Virus record (IMG/VR): IMGVR_UViG_3300043410_001708
Coordinates: 1-64,000 of that record
Reading direction: 5' to 3' (one strand)
Source: a virus
DNA length: 64,000 bases
Shown here in pieces: positions 1-9,153 of the stretch. The position numbers were made by a program, and so were the translations under genes. A model generated the notes under the pieces. It saw nothing but the letters and a program-made list of their open reading frames with translations, searched no databases and was not told the origin of the DNA. How positions within the stretch are numbered: the stretch's first letter is position 1; every line of letters begins with the position of its first letter.

Positions 1-516
1 ACCGGTTGCTACTCCTTCAAAGGCACCAAAGCCGTGCGTGCTGACAATAAAGCTGCATGGCAGGACGCTGGTTGGGTTGACACTATGGTGGCTGCTCTCA
101 AAAAACAAAGCTATTTCCGTTGGTTTGATAGCGGCGATATGTATAGCTTGTCCTTGGCCGTTAAAATGTACGAGGTAATGGCAGCTACGCCCCATGTAAA
201 GCACTGGTTGCCAACCCGCATGTATAAATTCGCTAAATTTGACGCTATACTGGCTAAAATGGAAGCTTTACCTAACGTCATGGTCCGCCGTAGCTCGGAT
301 GCTATTGACGGTACATATACTGCTGGTGTGCATGGCTCTACAATTTTACCTGATGCTACCTCAGTGCCTGCTGGTGTTACATTGTGCCAAGCATATGAGC
401 ATGGTGGTAAATGTAATGGATGCCGTGCTTGCTATGATAAGGCGGTGGCAGTGGTTGGATATCCCGCCCATGGCCGCAAAATGGCCAAGGTTATTCGGTT
501 GGCTGTAGCGGCTTAA
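1..516 (+). CDS. Gene-88-like (GP88 family) Cys-rich phage protein, 5'-partial
   Basis: Frame open from base 1 (TGCYSFKG...); FRWFDSGD, HWLPTR and C-x7-CxxCxxC motifs typical of phage gp88 family. Confidence 0.65.
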   Translation, partial: TGCYSFKGTKAVRADNKAAWQDAGWVDTMVAALKKQSYFRWFDSGDMYSLSLAVKMYEVMAATPHVKHWLPTRMYKFAKFDAILAKMEALPNVMVRRSSDAIDGTYTAGVHGSTILPDATSVPAGVTLCQAYEHGGKCNGCRACYDKAVAVVGYPAHGRKMAKVIRLAVAA

Positions 517-545
517 GGTTTTCGCTCGGGCTCTGGGAGCTCTTT

Positions 546-579
546 GGACTGGTTGAGCTGTGCTCCCAGTCCTTTTTTT
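546..579 (+). terminator. Rho-independent terminator
   Basis: GGACTGG...CCAGTCC hairpin followed by a T run after the gp88-like gene. Confidence 0.6.
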
Positions 580-686
580 GGCTCATGGGGGCTGCTGTCC
601 GAGCAGTAGCGGTAAGGGGTGGGGGTGCCGTAGGTAAGCGATTAGCTAAAAAAGCTCCACCAGGTCAAACTCTTTTTTCCAATTTT

Positions 687-887
687 TTATTTTCTGGGGC
701 TCCCAAGCACCCCAGAATTTTTTTCCAGGAGGAATTTTTGCCGGATATCGCATGTCTCCATATCACACAGATAACCGTCTACATGAGCACAACCAATTTC
801 TCTATAAACTTCACAATGTTTTACTGGATCGTTTCTCAAAGAATTCTCAAGCATCTCTATCATTCTCTGTACATCTGAATCACGCAT
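687..887 (-). CDS. hypothetical Cys/His-rich protein
   Basis: ORF overlapping upstream gene; CAHVDGYLC motif. Confidence 0.55.
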   Translation of the reverse strand: MRDSDVQRMIEMLENSLRNDPVKHCEVYREIGCAHVDGYLCDMETCDIRQKFLLEKNSGVLGSPRK

Positions 888-1062
888 TTCTGTTTTTCCA
901 CATAATGATTGCTTTATCTAGTTGGTCAATTTGTTCTAGGCGAATCTGATCCATTATATTGAACGAATCGGCATTCATATTCTGTTGTGTCATCTTCCAT
1001 AGTACTGCACGGTGTTTCTGCAATACGTCTACCACTACATCATAATCTTTTTCTTCGGTCAT
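880..1062 (-). CDS. hypothetical protein
   Basis: ATGA-coupled ORF in tightly packed run. Confidence 0.6.
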   Translation of the reverse strand: MTEEKDYDVVVDVLQKHRAVLWKMTQQNMNADSFNIMDQIRLEQIDQLDKAIIMWKNRNA

Positions 1063-1295
1063 CTCAACTCCGGGTCTTTATCATAACAAGTGAAACATAC
1101 TGCATCATACTTTGGACCCATACAATGGTAAATTGCACCATCGCAATACTTACAAAGTATAAATGCATGGGTTACAATTGAACCTTTAGGTGGACCATAC
1201 AAGGGATAAAATCCTTCTTCACGTTCAGTATACCCAATATGTTCTCTCTCACGGGGATCCATTCCGCCATCTGAGATTAGGTCACTATAACTCAT
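1059..1295 (-). CDS. hypothetical protein with CxxC...CxxC
   Basis: Coupled ORF; CKYC and CFTC pairs. Confidence 0.6.
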   Translation of the reverse strand: MSYSDLISDGGMDPREREHIGYTEREEGFYPLYGPPKGSIVTHAFILCKYCDGAIYHCMGPKYDAVCFTCYDKDPELR

Positions 1296-1528
1296 TCTTC
1301 AACTCCAAAGTGTTCTCTAATCTTTCTGCCAATTGCGCTTCTAGGATGCTTACAGTTTACATGTTCTTCACAGGTACAATCTTTCACATAATCATCCGCA
1401 ATACCAACACATTTTTGAATAAGCAACTCAGCGAATCTTTCAGCAACTACATTAGTATCAATATCACCGAGATTTTCCATAACATCTAGATGAGCCTGAG
1501 CCAATAATGATTTAATTCGTTCGTTCAT
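1292..1528 (-). CDS. hypothetical protein (MNERIK-type small phage family)
   Basis: Coupled ORF; MNERIK...ERFAELLI...IREHFGVEE pattern. Confidence 0.65.
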   Translation of the reverse strand: MNERIKSLLAQAHLDVMENLGDIDTNVVAERFAELLIQKCVGIADDYVKDCTCEEHVNCKHPRSAIGRKIREHFGVEE

Positions 1529-1635
1529 TTCTTACTACCAATCTTACGCATATAGCCACGGAAGATAGTTCTAGGATCTTCTACAATAATCCACTCATAT
1601 CCTGGTGGAATGTACTTCGGTGCTTTCCATTTCAT
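1525..1635 (-). CDS. small hypothetical protein (36 aa, not in ORF track)
   Basis: MKWKAPKYIPPGYEWIIVEDPRTIFRGYMRKIGSKK; GAGGA SD; ATGA overlap with next gene. Confidence 0.5.
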   Translation of the reverse strand: MKWKAPKYIPPGYEWIIVEDPRTIFRGYMRKIGSKK

Positions 1636-1900
1636 ATCGTTTATCCTCATAATAATCAAGTGCTTTTCTTAAAGCGGGGTTATCTACTCTACTGGCAGCA
1701 ACAAGTTGTACCAGAATGTTATATATGTCTTTTCTTTCATACCAAGTACCAATAAAGACACCGTGTGGATCTCTTATACCTCTAAGAATATCTGGTCCGC
1801 CAACAAAGACGAAATCTTTCCTATCAACACCTCTTTCCCATGTCCATTGTTTGTACTGGTCATAGTTACCAGAAATAATATAATGTCTTTTCATTACCAA
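1595..1900 (-). CDS. hypothetical protein
   Basis: ORF track, packed gene run. Confidence 0.6.
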   Translation of the reverse strand: MVMKRHYIISGNYDQYKQWTWERGVDRKDFVFVGGPDILRGIRDPHGVFIGTWYERKDIYNILVQLVAASRVDNPALRKALDYYEDKRYEMESTEVHSTRI

Positions 1901-2100
1901 CCACTTTCGTCCACAATAGTTTTCTCTATTACTACCATATCGCCGTTGACGACAGCAGGCAAAGACACTTTGACAATCGAACCGATACCAGAAGAAGAAT
2001 CAACGGTCACGGTGACGTATTCGGAGTCCGGATACTTGTCACAAAAGGTCTTGATTGCCAACAGGTCTTCTTGGTGTAATGATAGTTTATTCTTGCTCAT
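1894..2100 (-). CDS. hypothetical protein
   Basis: Coupled ORF; DSSSGIG motif. Confidence 0.6.
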   Translation of the reverse strand: MSKNKLSLHQEDLLAIKTFCDKYPDSEYVTVTVDSSSGIGSIVKVSLPAVVNGDMVVIEKTIVDESGW

Positions 2101-2282
2101 GGATTATCTTTGGGTGGTGGATTGAAATGTTTGATAGTTTCTTTGACTGCTCCGTAACTTAGTCCAGCCATTATAACAAGTCCTACTGAACCGACAAGTA
2201 GATATAGGCAAATAAAGAATATCTTTACCAGTTTGCCAATCGTATACTCTATGATTGACAATAGTTTTTTTATCGCATCCAT
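2097..2282 (-). CDS. small membrane protein
   Basis: Hydrophobic central segment. Confidence 0.55.
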   Translation of the reverse strand: MDAIKKLLSIIEYTIGKLVKIFFICLYLLVGSVGLVIMAGLSYGAVKETIKHFNPPPKDNP

Positions 2283-2572
2283 GCCGATATTTCTGAACCG
2301 CTACTGGCCTCTCCGGCACTTAATACGCAAGCAAGTCTAGAATCGTATTCGATGAGAGTCCAACTACGTTTCTCTTTGTTGACCATGAGTGTTGTGTAAG
2401 TATTGAAAGATGTTTTGCCAACCCAAACTGGCTTCTCTCCATAGTTTTCTGCGAAATGGTTCATCACAAACTCAGCATTAGAACATTTAATCTCTTTCGC
2501 CAGATTAATTACTTCTTGTGAGAACGATGTGGTGGATATCAGGAGAGCTAGGGTGATGAATGTTTTACGCAT
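2270..2572 (-). CDS. secreted hypothetical protein
   Basis: N-terminal signal peptide, GAGGA SD. Confidence 0.6.
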   Translation of the reverse strand: MRKTFITLALLISTTSFSQEVINLAKEIKCSNAEFVMNHFAENYGEKPVWVGKTSFNTYTTLMVNKEKRSWTLIEYDSRLACVLSAGEASSGSEISAWMR

Positions 2573-2679
2573 TGTGGTTCCTCTAAGTTATTCATTGCTC
2601 GGTCATGGAGTTTATCCCATACGTCTGGTTCTCCCCAGAAAAGGAAGAATAGTAATAGAATAACTAGAAGGTCAGACAT
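2548..2679 (-). CDS. small membrane protein (43 aa, not in ORF track)
   Basis: MSDLLVILLLFFLFWGEPDVWDKLHDR...; fills gap between neighbours. Confidence 0.5.
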   Translation of the reverse strand: MSDLLVILLLFFLFWGEPDVWDKLHDRAMNNLEEPQCVKHSSP

Positions 2680-3160
2680 TTTTAAGTACCTCTAAAAATT
2701 CTTGTGGTAGGCGGACGTTCGTAAGTCCGGAAGCGCTGGAAAACATCGGTGCTATTTGAGAAGGAGTATAACCAGCAAGGCCACATCCAATAGCAGTAAC
2801 GTTAAAAACTAGGTTAGGCATATGTTTAGCAAACTCTATGAATTGATTAACATATACTTTAATGTAATCTAGCGGTAAGGTTTCTATGTTTTGGTCTTTG
2901 GTTGGAATACCATAAGAATCACCTTGTAGTCCAACACCGACACCATAGATGGCACCATGGTTATCTAGAGCAAACTTTGCAGCACCTGCACCGTGGCGGC
3001 CGGCCAGATTAGAACCAAAAACAAATATTTCTCTCAGTGGTTTATCTGGTCTTCCGTAACGACCAATACAAAGTTCACAATTTGGATCATCACAGATATC
3101 TTCCAACCATTCGTTGGTTTGTTCATCATAGTATGCGTCAAATTGTTCCGAATATTTCAT
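2672..3160 (-). CDS. A1S_2505-family (macro-like) phage protein with small Cys-containing N-terminal domain
   Basis: IFVFGSNLAGRHGAGAA and TAIGCGLAGY motifs. Confidence 0.75.
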   Translation of the reverse strand: MKYSEQFDAYYDEQTNEWLEDICDDPNCELCIGRYGRPDKPLREIFVFGSNLAGRHGAGAAKFALDNHGAIYGVGVGLQGDSYGIPTKDQNIETLPLDYIKVYVNQFIEFAKHMPNLVFNVTAIGCGLAGYTPSQIAPMFSSASGLTNVRLPQEFLEVLKNV

Positions 3161-3175
3161 AATATAAATCCAATT

Positions 3176-3319
3176 TTAGGTATTTGTGTTGAGATAATAA
3201 TACTTATATAGTTTCACAAAATATGAGAATTGCATTGGTTCGTGGTCGGGGTCCGGCAATTTATCACCATAATGAGATTTTAATTTCTCATATAATTCTA
3301 AAGCTTCTTGGTCACTCAT
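3176..3319 (-). CDS. small hypothetical protein (47 aa, not in ORF track)
   Basis: MSDQEALELYEKLKSHYGDKLPDPDHEPMQFSYFVKLYKYYYLNTNT. Confidence 0.55.
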   Translation of the reverse strand: MSDQEALELYEKLKSHYGDKLPDPDHEPMQFSYFVKLYKYYYLNTNT

Positions 3320-3770
3320 AGTAACGCTTATTCAGGCCACGAATAATCTTCATAACATCTTTGACGGTCATTGAATTGTCACCATCAAGTCTATCTTCTA
3401 ATGGAAGAATGTCCCATGTATCAGTTTCAACATCATACCATCCGTAAATACAAACTTCTTCCTTTGGTCTGTGCCCAATCACTCGGCCAAATGTAAATGC
3501 ATATACATCATGTTCTGGAAATTCAAAATCATCTTTCAGTGTATCTTTGTGTAGAAAGATGGCGTATGATTCCATGTTCTTGTTACCACCTTCGGTATAA
3601 ACATACTCTCCATCAATTTCTTCTTCAAGGTCACCATAACCCTCAAAAGTGATTTTGACTTCAGGAATATCTGAAATGTTTTTACCAATTTCTAGGTTGT
3701 CAGGATCCCCTAATGAATCAATCAATAAATTTGTAAGAACTCTATCATACAACTCATAATCATATTTCAT
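3312..3770 (-). CDS. acidic hypothetical protein
   Basis: ORF with GAGG SD. Confidence 0.65.
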   Translation of the reverse strand: MKYDYELYDRVLTNLLIDSLGDPDNLEIGKNISDIPEVKITFEGYGDLEEEIDGEYVYTEGGNKNMESYAIFLHKDTLKDDFEFPEHDVYAFTFGRVIGHRPKEEVCIYGWYDVETDTWDILPLEDRLDGDNSMTVKDVMKIIRGLNKRYYE

Positions 3771-3772
3771 AT

Positions 3773-4051
3773 TTAAACCTCTTTATAGATGTTTGACCAG
3801 ATTTTCAGTTTCTCTTTTTTGGCCTGTCTGGCTGCGTTGACATTACTATCAGAAACAATACACTTCTCTACCATAATATCAATCATAGCCAGAAGGTCAC
3901 CAACTTCTTCTTCTAAACTCTGCATATTACTTTTATTCGTAACTGGATGTACAGAATCGAAACCGAAACGGAAAATCTTTGAGATTGCCTGTGTTACTTC
4001 GGCACATTCTTCCTGAGCAATACAGAAAATCTCTTTGGTCTTTTTATCCAT
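3773..4051 (-). CDS. MazG-like NTP pyrophosphohydrolase
   Basis: EECAE...EEVGD motif; start reassigned to ATG 4051 after GAGG. Confidence 0.75.
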   Translation of the reverse strand: MDKKTKEIFCIAQEECAEVTQAISKIFRFGFDSVHPVTNKSNMQSLEEEVGDLLAMIDIMVEKCIVSDSNVNAARQAKKEKLKIWSNIYKEV

Positions 4052-4274
4052 TAATAACCTCATTCAACAAAATTTGATTGCCGTCACCACCTTGGCACCA
4101 AGATTCAGCGAAATCATCTGCTTCACTTTCCGAGCGCATTGTGGTTCTTTGAACAACCTTATTCTCAACATACAAAGCAACTTCCCAAACATCAAATTGT
4201 CTATCAAGTCCTCTGCTGAGTCTTGTAACTGTGGCTTTTCTACCATCACCATAATATTCTGAGTAAATCTCCAT
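4044..4274 (-). CDS. hypothetical protein
   Basis: AGGAG SD, packed. Confidence 0.6.
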   Translation of the reverse strand: MEIYSEYYGDGRKATVTRLSRGLDRQFDVWEVALYVENKVVQRTTMRSESEADDFAESWCQGGDGNQILLNEVING

Positions 4275-4283
4275 AATAACTCC

Positions 4284-6380
4284 TTATGCAATTAGTCCAA
4301 TAAAACGATTCAGTACAACTCGGCTGTTATGTTTACCACTATTGTACTTCGTAAATGCTGAGGCAATACCTCTGAAGGTTGAATTTTCTTTAACCTCAAA
4401 AGAAGAATCCTCATCGGTATCTAGGCCATTTGACCGCAAGATATAATATTCATCATATCCGGTATTTTCTAAGATAGCAAATTTTGATTTCCTAAAGTTA
4501 TCTTTCATTTCTTCATGGTTCATTTGTTTTGGAAACCATTCATGAACTTTACGATTGAAGTCTCTGCCATTGATAACATAGAAACCAATAACGTTAGAAC
4601 CTGTTCGTGCTTTCAATAAACGAATCAGTGCATTTGTCTGTGCGGCATAACCACTTCTATTATCAATTTTCTGTTCATGTTTGGTAACAGGATCACGGAT
4701 AATCAATCGTTCACATTTCATATGAGTATCAGTTAGTCCGTAATAAGGATCTTTTTGATAATAACGATTCGTATTATTACTTTCACCATCAGTCAAAAAG
4801 ATTGTATTGACAATTTGCAATTTGTTTTTCTTTTGAAACTCTGGAACAATGGTCATTGCATGAACGATTGCCGAGTTCAATGGTGTTCCTTGCATATTCA
4901 TCCAGCTTGGAAAATAACCACGGGTTTTGGATAAACCAGCCATGCATACTAGTGAAGAACACGCATATGTGAATTCAGCACTAGTCATTCTGGATGACAA
5001 GAGATTCATCAAACCATAAGGTTTGAAATGCATATCGTTTTCTTTTGGCACTTGTCTAGTTAGATTTTTTGAATCAGTATCTTCAATGAACGCATACACA
5101 TCATATGGTATATTCATTTTCTTACAGAACAATACCAAGTTGATTAGTTGTTTCATTGTATTACCAATATGGTCAATCATAGAACCTGACCAATCGAGGA
5201 ACATAACAAGTCCATGTGATTTGCCACCAGGAACAACCGAGATTTTCTTAAAGATATCTTCACTGAAACCATAAGAGTAAATCTTACTCATGTTCAATTC
5301 ACCAGTTTTGGCTGTTGTTGCACGTTTCAACTGGTCGGCATTCTTACGCATTTCAAATTCTTTGACAAGATAAGAAACAACCTTATTACTTTCATTACGA
5401 ATTTTCAAAAAGGCTTCTGGTGAAGAAATATAGTTTTCTTCTTTATATCTTTCCCAAATTACTTTGTGGTCAACAACTTGTTTTGGATCAAGATATGGAA
5501 CATTTGCGTAAATAATATGGTTAACACTATTATCGAATAGTTGTTTTTCGTTTTCTTTATATGCAGCATCGGTGAAGGAACGAATCTGGTCTTCAAGACT
5601 TACTTGCTTATCTTCTTCTACAGAATCGACTTCATCACTATCGGATAGTTTATTACTATCAATTTCTTTTTCTGGTGCATCTTCACCATCTTCAAAAGAT
5701 TGTTCTTGTGAATTACCTTGGTCATCAAAGTCAACTTCTTCATATTCATATTCTTCTTCGGCTTCACCATCACCACTTTCACCTTCTTCAGCTTTGGCTT
5801 TGGCACGCTTCTGTTCTTGTTCTTCTAACTGACGTTTCATGTATTCGACAATCTTCTTCGATACATCAATAACATCATCATAAGTTTCGGTGGTTTCAAC
5901 TTCATTTAATAAACCACGTTCTTCATCATTAAATTGAATACGTAGTGCTGCGCCACCTTTGCAGTGTAGGTTAATGCGGTCAATAAAATTCATCTTATTG
6001 ATATCAGTACCTTTGATACCAAAGAAATCTCTGTCCATAAGCTCACCATAAGCTTTGACAAAGGAGTTTTTAAGACCTGGATATTTGTATTTGATTTTAC
6101 GTTCAATACGTGAATCTTCGACTACGTTGGCCACATCTCCGTTAATCTTTAATTCTTTGGCTTTCAACATACCTTCCATTGGTGTGTAGAGAGCATGGCC
6201 GACTTCGTGGCCTGTAAAAAGGTCATAAAGAGCACTAGAGATATTTCTGTCTAGAACCGGAAGTGTCAAAATCCGATTCTTAACGTCAAAGGATGCTGTT
6301 TGTACCGGACGTTGTTCAACAACAAGGTTCTCGGTCGCCATTAGTTTGGCCAACAGTGATTTTGATTCAATTAATTCCAT
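4284..6380 (-). CDS. metallopeptidase-like (HExxH) + vWA domain protein (CobT-like, T4-like phage family)
   Basis: HEVGH, NVVEDSRIE, acidic linker, DWSGSM MIDAS, LTDGE. Confidence 0.8.
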   Translation of the reverse strand: MELIESKSLLAKLMATENLVVEQRPVQTASFDVKNRILTLPVLDRNISSALYDLFTGHEVGHALYTPMEGMLKAKELKINGDVANVVEDSRIERKIKYKYPGLKNSFVKAYGELMDRDFFGIKGTDINKMNFIDRINLHCKGGAALRIQFNDEERGLLNEVETTETYDDVIDVSKKIVEYMKRQLEEQEQKRAKAKAEEGESGDGEAEEEYEYEEVDFDDQGNSQEQSFEDGEDAPEKEIDSNKLSDSDEVDSVEEDKQVSLEDQIRSFTDAAYKENEKQLFDNSVNHIIYANVPYLDPKQVVDHKVIWERYKEENYISSPEAFLKIRNESNKVVSYLVKEFEMRKNADQLKRATTAKTGELNMSKIYSYGFSEDIFKKISVVPGGKSHGLVMFLDWSGSMIDHIGNTMKQLINLVLFCKKMNIPYDVYAFIEDTDSKNLTRQVPKENDMHFKPYGLMNLLSSRMTSAEFTYACSSLVCMAGLSKTRGYFPSWMNMQGTPLNSAIVHAMTIVPEFQKKNKLQIVNTIFLTDGESNNTNRYYQKDPYYGLTDTHMKCERLIIRDPVTKHEQKIDNRSGYAAQTNALIRLLKARTGSNVIGFYVINGRDFNRKVHEWFPKQMNHEEMKDNFRKSKFAILENTGYDEYYILRSNGLDTDEDSSFEVKENSTFRGIASAFTKYNSGKHNSRVVLNRFIGLIA

Positions 6381-6556
6381 TATTTTTTCTCTGTCATTAC
6401 AATAACATTACCAGTAGGAGTTTCTTCTACTCGCAAATTCAATACGGTGCCTTCTTTCCAACCAACTTCAGCAATAAATTCTTCGGTAAACTGTATGATT
6501 GCATCACCGGAACCATCGTCAGCTTCAATTACATCAAATATGTAATTTTTAGGCAT
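6380..6556 (-). CDS. AbrB/SpoVT/MazE-like DNA-binding protein (58 aa, not in ORF track)
   Basis: DGSGDAIIQFTEEFIAEVGWKEGTVLNL matches swapped-hairpin pattern. Confidence 0.6.
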   Translation of the reverse strand: MPKNYIFDVIEADDGSGDAIIQFTEEFIAEVGWKEGTVLNLRVEETPTGNVIVMTEKK

Positions 6557-6695
6557 AATATTCTTTCAATTTTTTGTACCAATCTTGGTCATTTTCATGT
6601 CCTGATAGTGCTGCCCATTTTCTTACAGCTTCATCCAAAGCTTTCCACTCAATCGGTGCTTGCGGTTCTTGTTTTAGCTCAGTATTTTGCGACAT
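6549..6695 (-). CDS. small hypothetical protein (48 aa)
   Basis: AGGAG SD; MSQNTELKQEPQAPIEWKALDEAVRKW... Confidence 0.55.
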   Translation of the reverse strand: MSQNTELKQEPQAPIEWKALDEAVRKWAALSGHENDQDWYKKLKEYYA

Positions 6696-6696
6696 T

Positions 6697-6849
6697 TTAA
6701 TCTCCTAGAGCAGCAATTTGCGACAAAATCGCTTTTTTCTCGTCCTTACGACTGTATTTTACGACATTTTTGTGAGCCTGCACCGGTTTAATTGGTGTAC
6801 GACACACAGGACGTTGTAATTTTACAACAAAACTCATTTTCTTACTCAT
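6697..6849 (-). CDS. small basic protein (50 aa)
   Basis: MSKKMSFVVKLQRPVCRTPIKPVQAHKNVVKYSRKDEKK...; GAGG SD. Confidence 0.5.
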   Translation of the reverse strand: MSKKMSFVVKLQRPVCRTPIKPVQAHKNVVKYSRKDEKKAILSQIAALGD

Positions 6850-6850
6850 T

Positions 6851-7180
6851 TTAGCGCCTCATTTTTGAAATTTCTACAGCTGATTCACTATTAAACACAG
6901 GAACAGCGTTGGATTTGTGCATTGTTGCGATACCTAACATATTTGTACCAGTATAGACCTTTGCTGCAGCTTTAGTTGCACCAGTTTCACCAGTATTTAA
7001 TGACGGATGCCGCACGGTTTCACGACCGGCAGGCACCGTTAACTTGTATGTTAGTTGATTGCTTGTGGATTTTATAGGTTTTGATGTTTGGTGTGATTTC
7101 AACCAAGCATCATATTGTTCACGCACGGCTTTTGGTCCTAGTTTTTTCTTGGACTTTGCGGTTCGAACATAAATCATCAT
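6851..7180 (-). CDS. conserved T4-like hypothetical protein
   Basis: GIATMHKSNAVPVF motif; AGGAG SD before ATG 7180. Confidence 0.7.
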   Translation of the reverse strand: MMIYVRTAKSKKKLGPKAVREQYDAWLKSHQTSKPIKSTSNQLTYKLTVPAGRETVRHPSLNTGETGATKAAAKVYTGTNMLGIATMHKSNAVPVFNSESAVEISKMRR

Positions 7181-7205
7181 AAAAAATCTCCTGAACAATG
7201 GTTGT

Positions 7206-7258
7206 ATTATACACCATTTATCAAAGAGTGTCAATAGTTGTGTTGTTAATCTACAACA
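7206..7258 (-). promoter_or_regulatory. sigma70 early promoter with upstream TGTTGT-N6-ACAACA palindrome
   Basis: TTGACA-17-TATAAT; palindrome 7241-7258 lies 6 bp upstream of -35. Confidence 0.85.
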
Positions 7259-7444
7259 TTAATAGTATTTAAATTTTTGGGATTTTTGATTGTGGCGATG
7301 GTGTGATTCAAAAGATTCGTAATCATCGTAATACTTTTGTTTTCGCTGTTGTTTTTGACGTTTCTTATTTTTGTTTTCCTCACGGAAGTACTGCTCATCG
7401 TCATAGTCTCGCTCATTACGAAACTTTCCAGAAAATTTAGACAC
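7259..7444 (-). CDS. charged hypothetical protein
   Basis: GTG start after AGGAG. Confidence 0.55.
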   Translation of the reverse strand: MSKFSGKFRNERDYDDEQYFREENKNKKRQKQQRKQKYYDDYESFESHHRHNQKSQKFKYY

Positions 7445-7449
7445 TTTAA

Positions 7450-7839
7450 TTAAACTCCTTGATTGATAATACTATAAGTTGTGAATGTTACACCACGAAT
7501 ACGTGATTCAGGCATATTTTCGACACCATTTTTTGAAACATAAATTATATTTGACATTGGATAACATAATTTTACAAGTTTTAAGAGATTACATGATGTT
7601 CCATCAAAATCATTGAAAGCAAAAACTTCATCTACAAAAGGAAAACTTATCAAGACTTCTTTTCTTTGTTCAAATGTGTTGTTAACACGTCCATAACATA
7701 ATTCTAAGAAAGAATCGGAATGTAGGCCAAGAATAAGCCAATCACATTTATTTTTGCAAGCTTTTAATAACTTAAATTCGTTGTAAGTTATAGGATCAAA
7801 TTCACCTGATACAATGATTATGTTTTCTTTTAAAATCAT
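7450..7839 (-). CDS. cytidylyltransferase-like (TagD/RfaE fold) protein, degenerate HxGH motif
   Basis: VSGEFDP...LILGLHSD...R...VDEVF pattern. Confidence 0.7.
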   Translation of the reverse strand: MILKENIIIVSGEFDPITYNEFKLLKACKNKCDWLILGLHSDSFLELCYGRVNNTFEQRKEVLISFPFVDEVFAFNDFDGTSCNLLKLVKLCYPMSNIIYVSKNGVENMPESRIRGVTFTTYSIINQGV

Positions 7840-8261
7840 GGTAACATATCTGGAAATGCCTCTTTTACAAATTTATAGTCCAAACCTTTTACTCCCAAAT
7901 CTTTTTGAAAGATACCCAATAAAACTTCTGCTTCCCGTGGTTCAATAGATTCTAACATTTGAATTAGTAATTCATTTTTACGGTGTTCATTTAATTTTTC
8001 TGCGGTTGGATCACCAACCCTAAACATATACAATCTACGTATTTGTCCATTAATACTATCATGTGTGATACCTGGTAACATATCGGTTGGAACACGATAA
8101 TTTTCCGGTAACTCTTTTACTGTCCATTGTATATCTGGATGATATGCCAATTTTAACACATCTACTAATGTTTGTGATAGATTCTTGGCAATTACATCCA
8201 TTCTTTCTTTTTTATTCTTTGCCATTTCAAAGTCATCAAATACTTCATATAAAGCTTTCAT
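7836..8261 (-). CDS. conserved T4-like protein (DUF6433-like)
   Basis: LIQMLESIEPREAEVL...KDL...VKEAFP; position next to rnh. Confidence 0.65.
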   Translation of the reverse strand: MKALYEVFDDFEMAKNKKERMDVIAKNLSQTLVDVLKLAYHPDIQWTVKELPENYRVPTDMLPGITHDSINGQIRRLYMFRVGDPTAEKLNEHRKNELLIQMLESIEPREAEVLLGIFQKDLGVKGLDYKFVKEAFPDMLP

Positions 8262-9124
8262 TAAAATTCCCCAATAACATCTATTAAACTTTTCAGTTTG
8301 TTTGCAATCAAATAATCCAGTATTTTACCCTTAGGTGCTGGTTTGGTTTCTTCATAAGTATTTATAATTTTGGTCTGTATGTCACCTGGTATGTTTCTCA
8401 AGTCAATCAATGTCTGGTTGCGTGAAAAACCAATACGTGCATTTTCATCATCATAATCACCATAGTTTTGTGACATGAATTTGGTAAGTTTGGCCTCTGT
8501 CATAACCTTTTGACGAATTTCACGTACAAAGGTGTCACTTGGTGAAAGAATGTTGGGAATACCATCACCTTTATCACCATGAATGATTTTCTCTTTCAAT
8601 TCATCCATTGGATTCTTGGAAATGAGAAACTTCTTCTGTGCAGGATTGTATTGCTTAACGGTGTAGTCACTTCTGCCATTATACATCTGTAATTGCAAGA
8701 AATCACCATCACTTGAAATGATTAGGATGTTTTCATGCATGATATGTCGAGGCACAAGTGTACCGATGATATCATCAGCTTCTGCACCTTCAACATCAAT
8801 AACTTTATATGGGAAATTATCTCTGAGCTCTTGCTTAAATTTGGAAAGCATGTCAAAGATTAAATGCCAGTCGAGGTCAGACTTCTCTCTGGTTTTTTTA
8901 CGGCCGGCTTTGTAGAAAGGAAAGAATTCCTTACGCCAGTATTTACGGTTGTCAGCACACAATACAACTTCACCATATTCTTCACGGAAGTTTTTTAGGT
9001 GAGTCCTGAGAATGTTCAGGACCATGTGTCTGATAAGACCTTCTTCTAATTTCACACCTTTTTGACTGGCAATTTGTGCCATCAATCCGGCTAATAGTAC
9101 CTGGTTAAGGTCAACAAGAATCAT
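8261..9124 (-). CDS. rnh: RNase H / 5'-3' flap exonuclease (T4 type)
   Basis: MILVD, YKAGR, EADDIIG, SSDGDFLQ, GDKGDGIPN motifs. Confidence 0.95.
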   Translation of the reverse strand: MILVDLNQVLLAGLMAQIASQKGVKLEEGLIRHMVLNILRTHLKNFREEYGEVVLCADNRKYWRKEFFPFYKAGRKKTREKSDLDWHLIFDMLSKFKQELRDNFPYKVIDVEGAEADDIIGTLVPRHIMHENILIISSDGDFLQLQMYNGRSDYTVKQYNPAQKKFLISKNPMDELKEKIIHGDKGDGIPNILSPSDTFVREIRQKVMTEAKLTKFMSQNYGDYDDENARIGFSRNQTLIDLRNIPGDIQTKIINTYEETKPAPKGKILDYLIANKLKSLIDVIGEF

Positions 9125-9153
9125 AATATACTTTCAGTTTAGATATTCGTATT

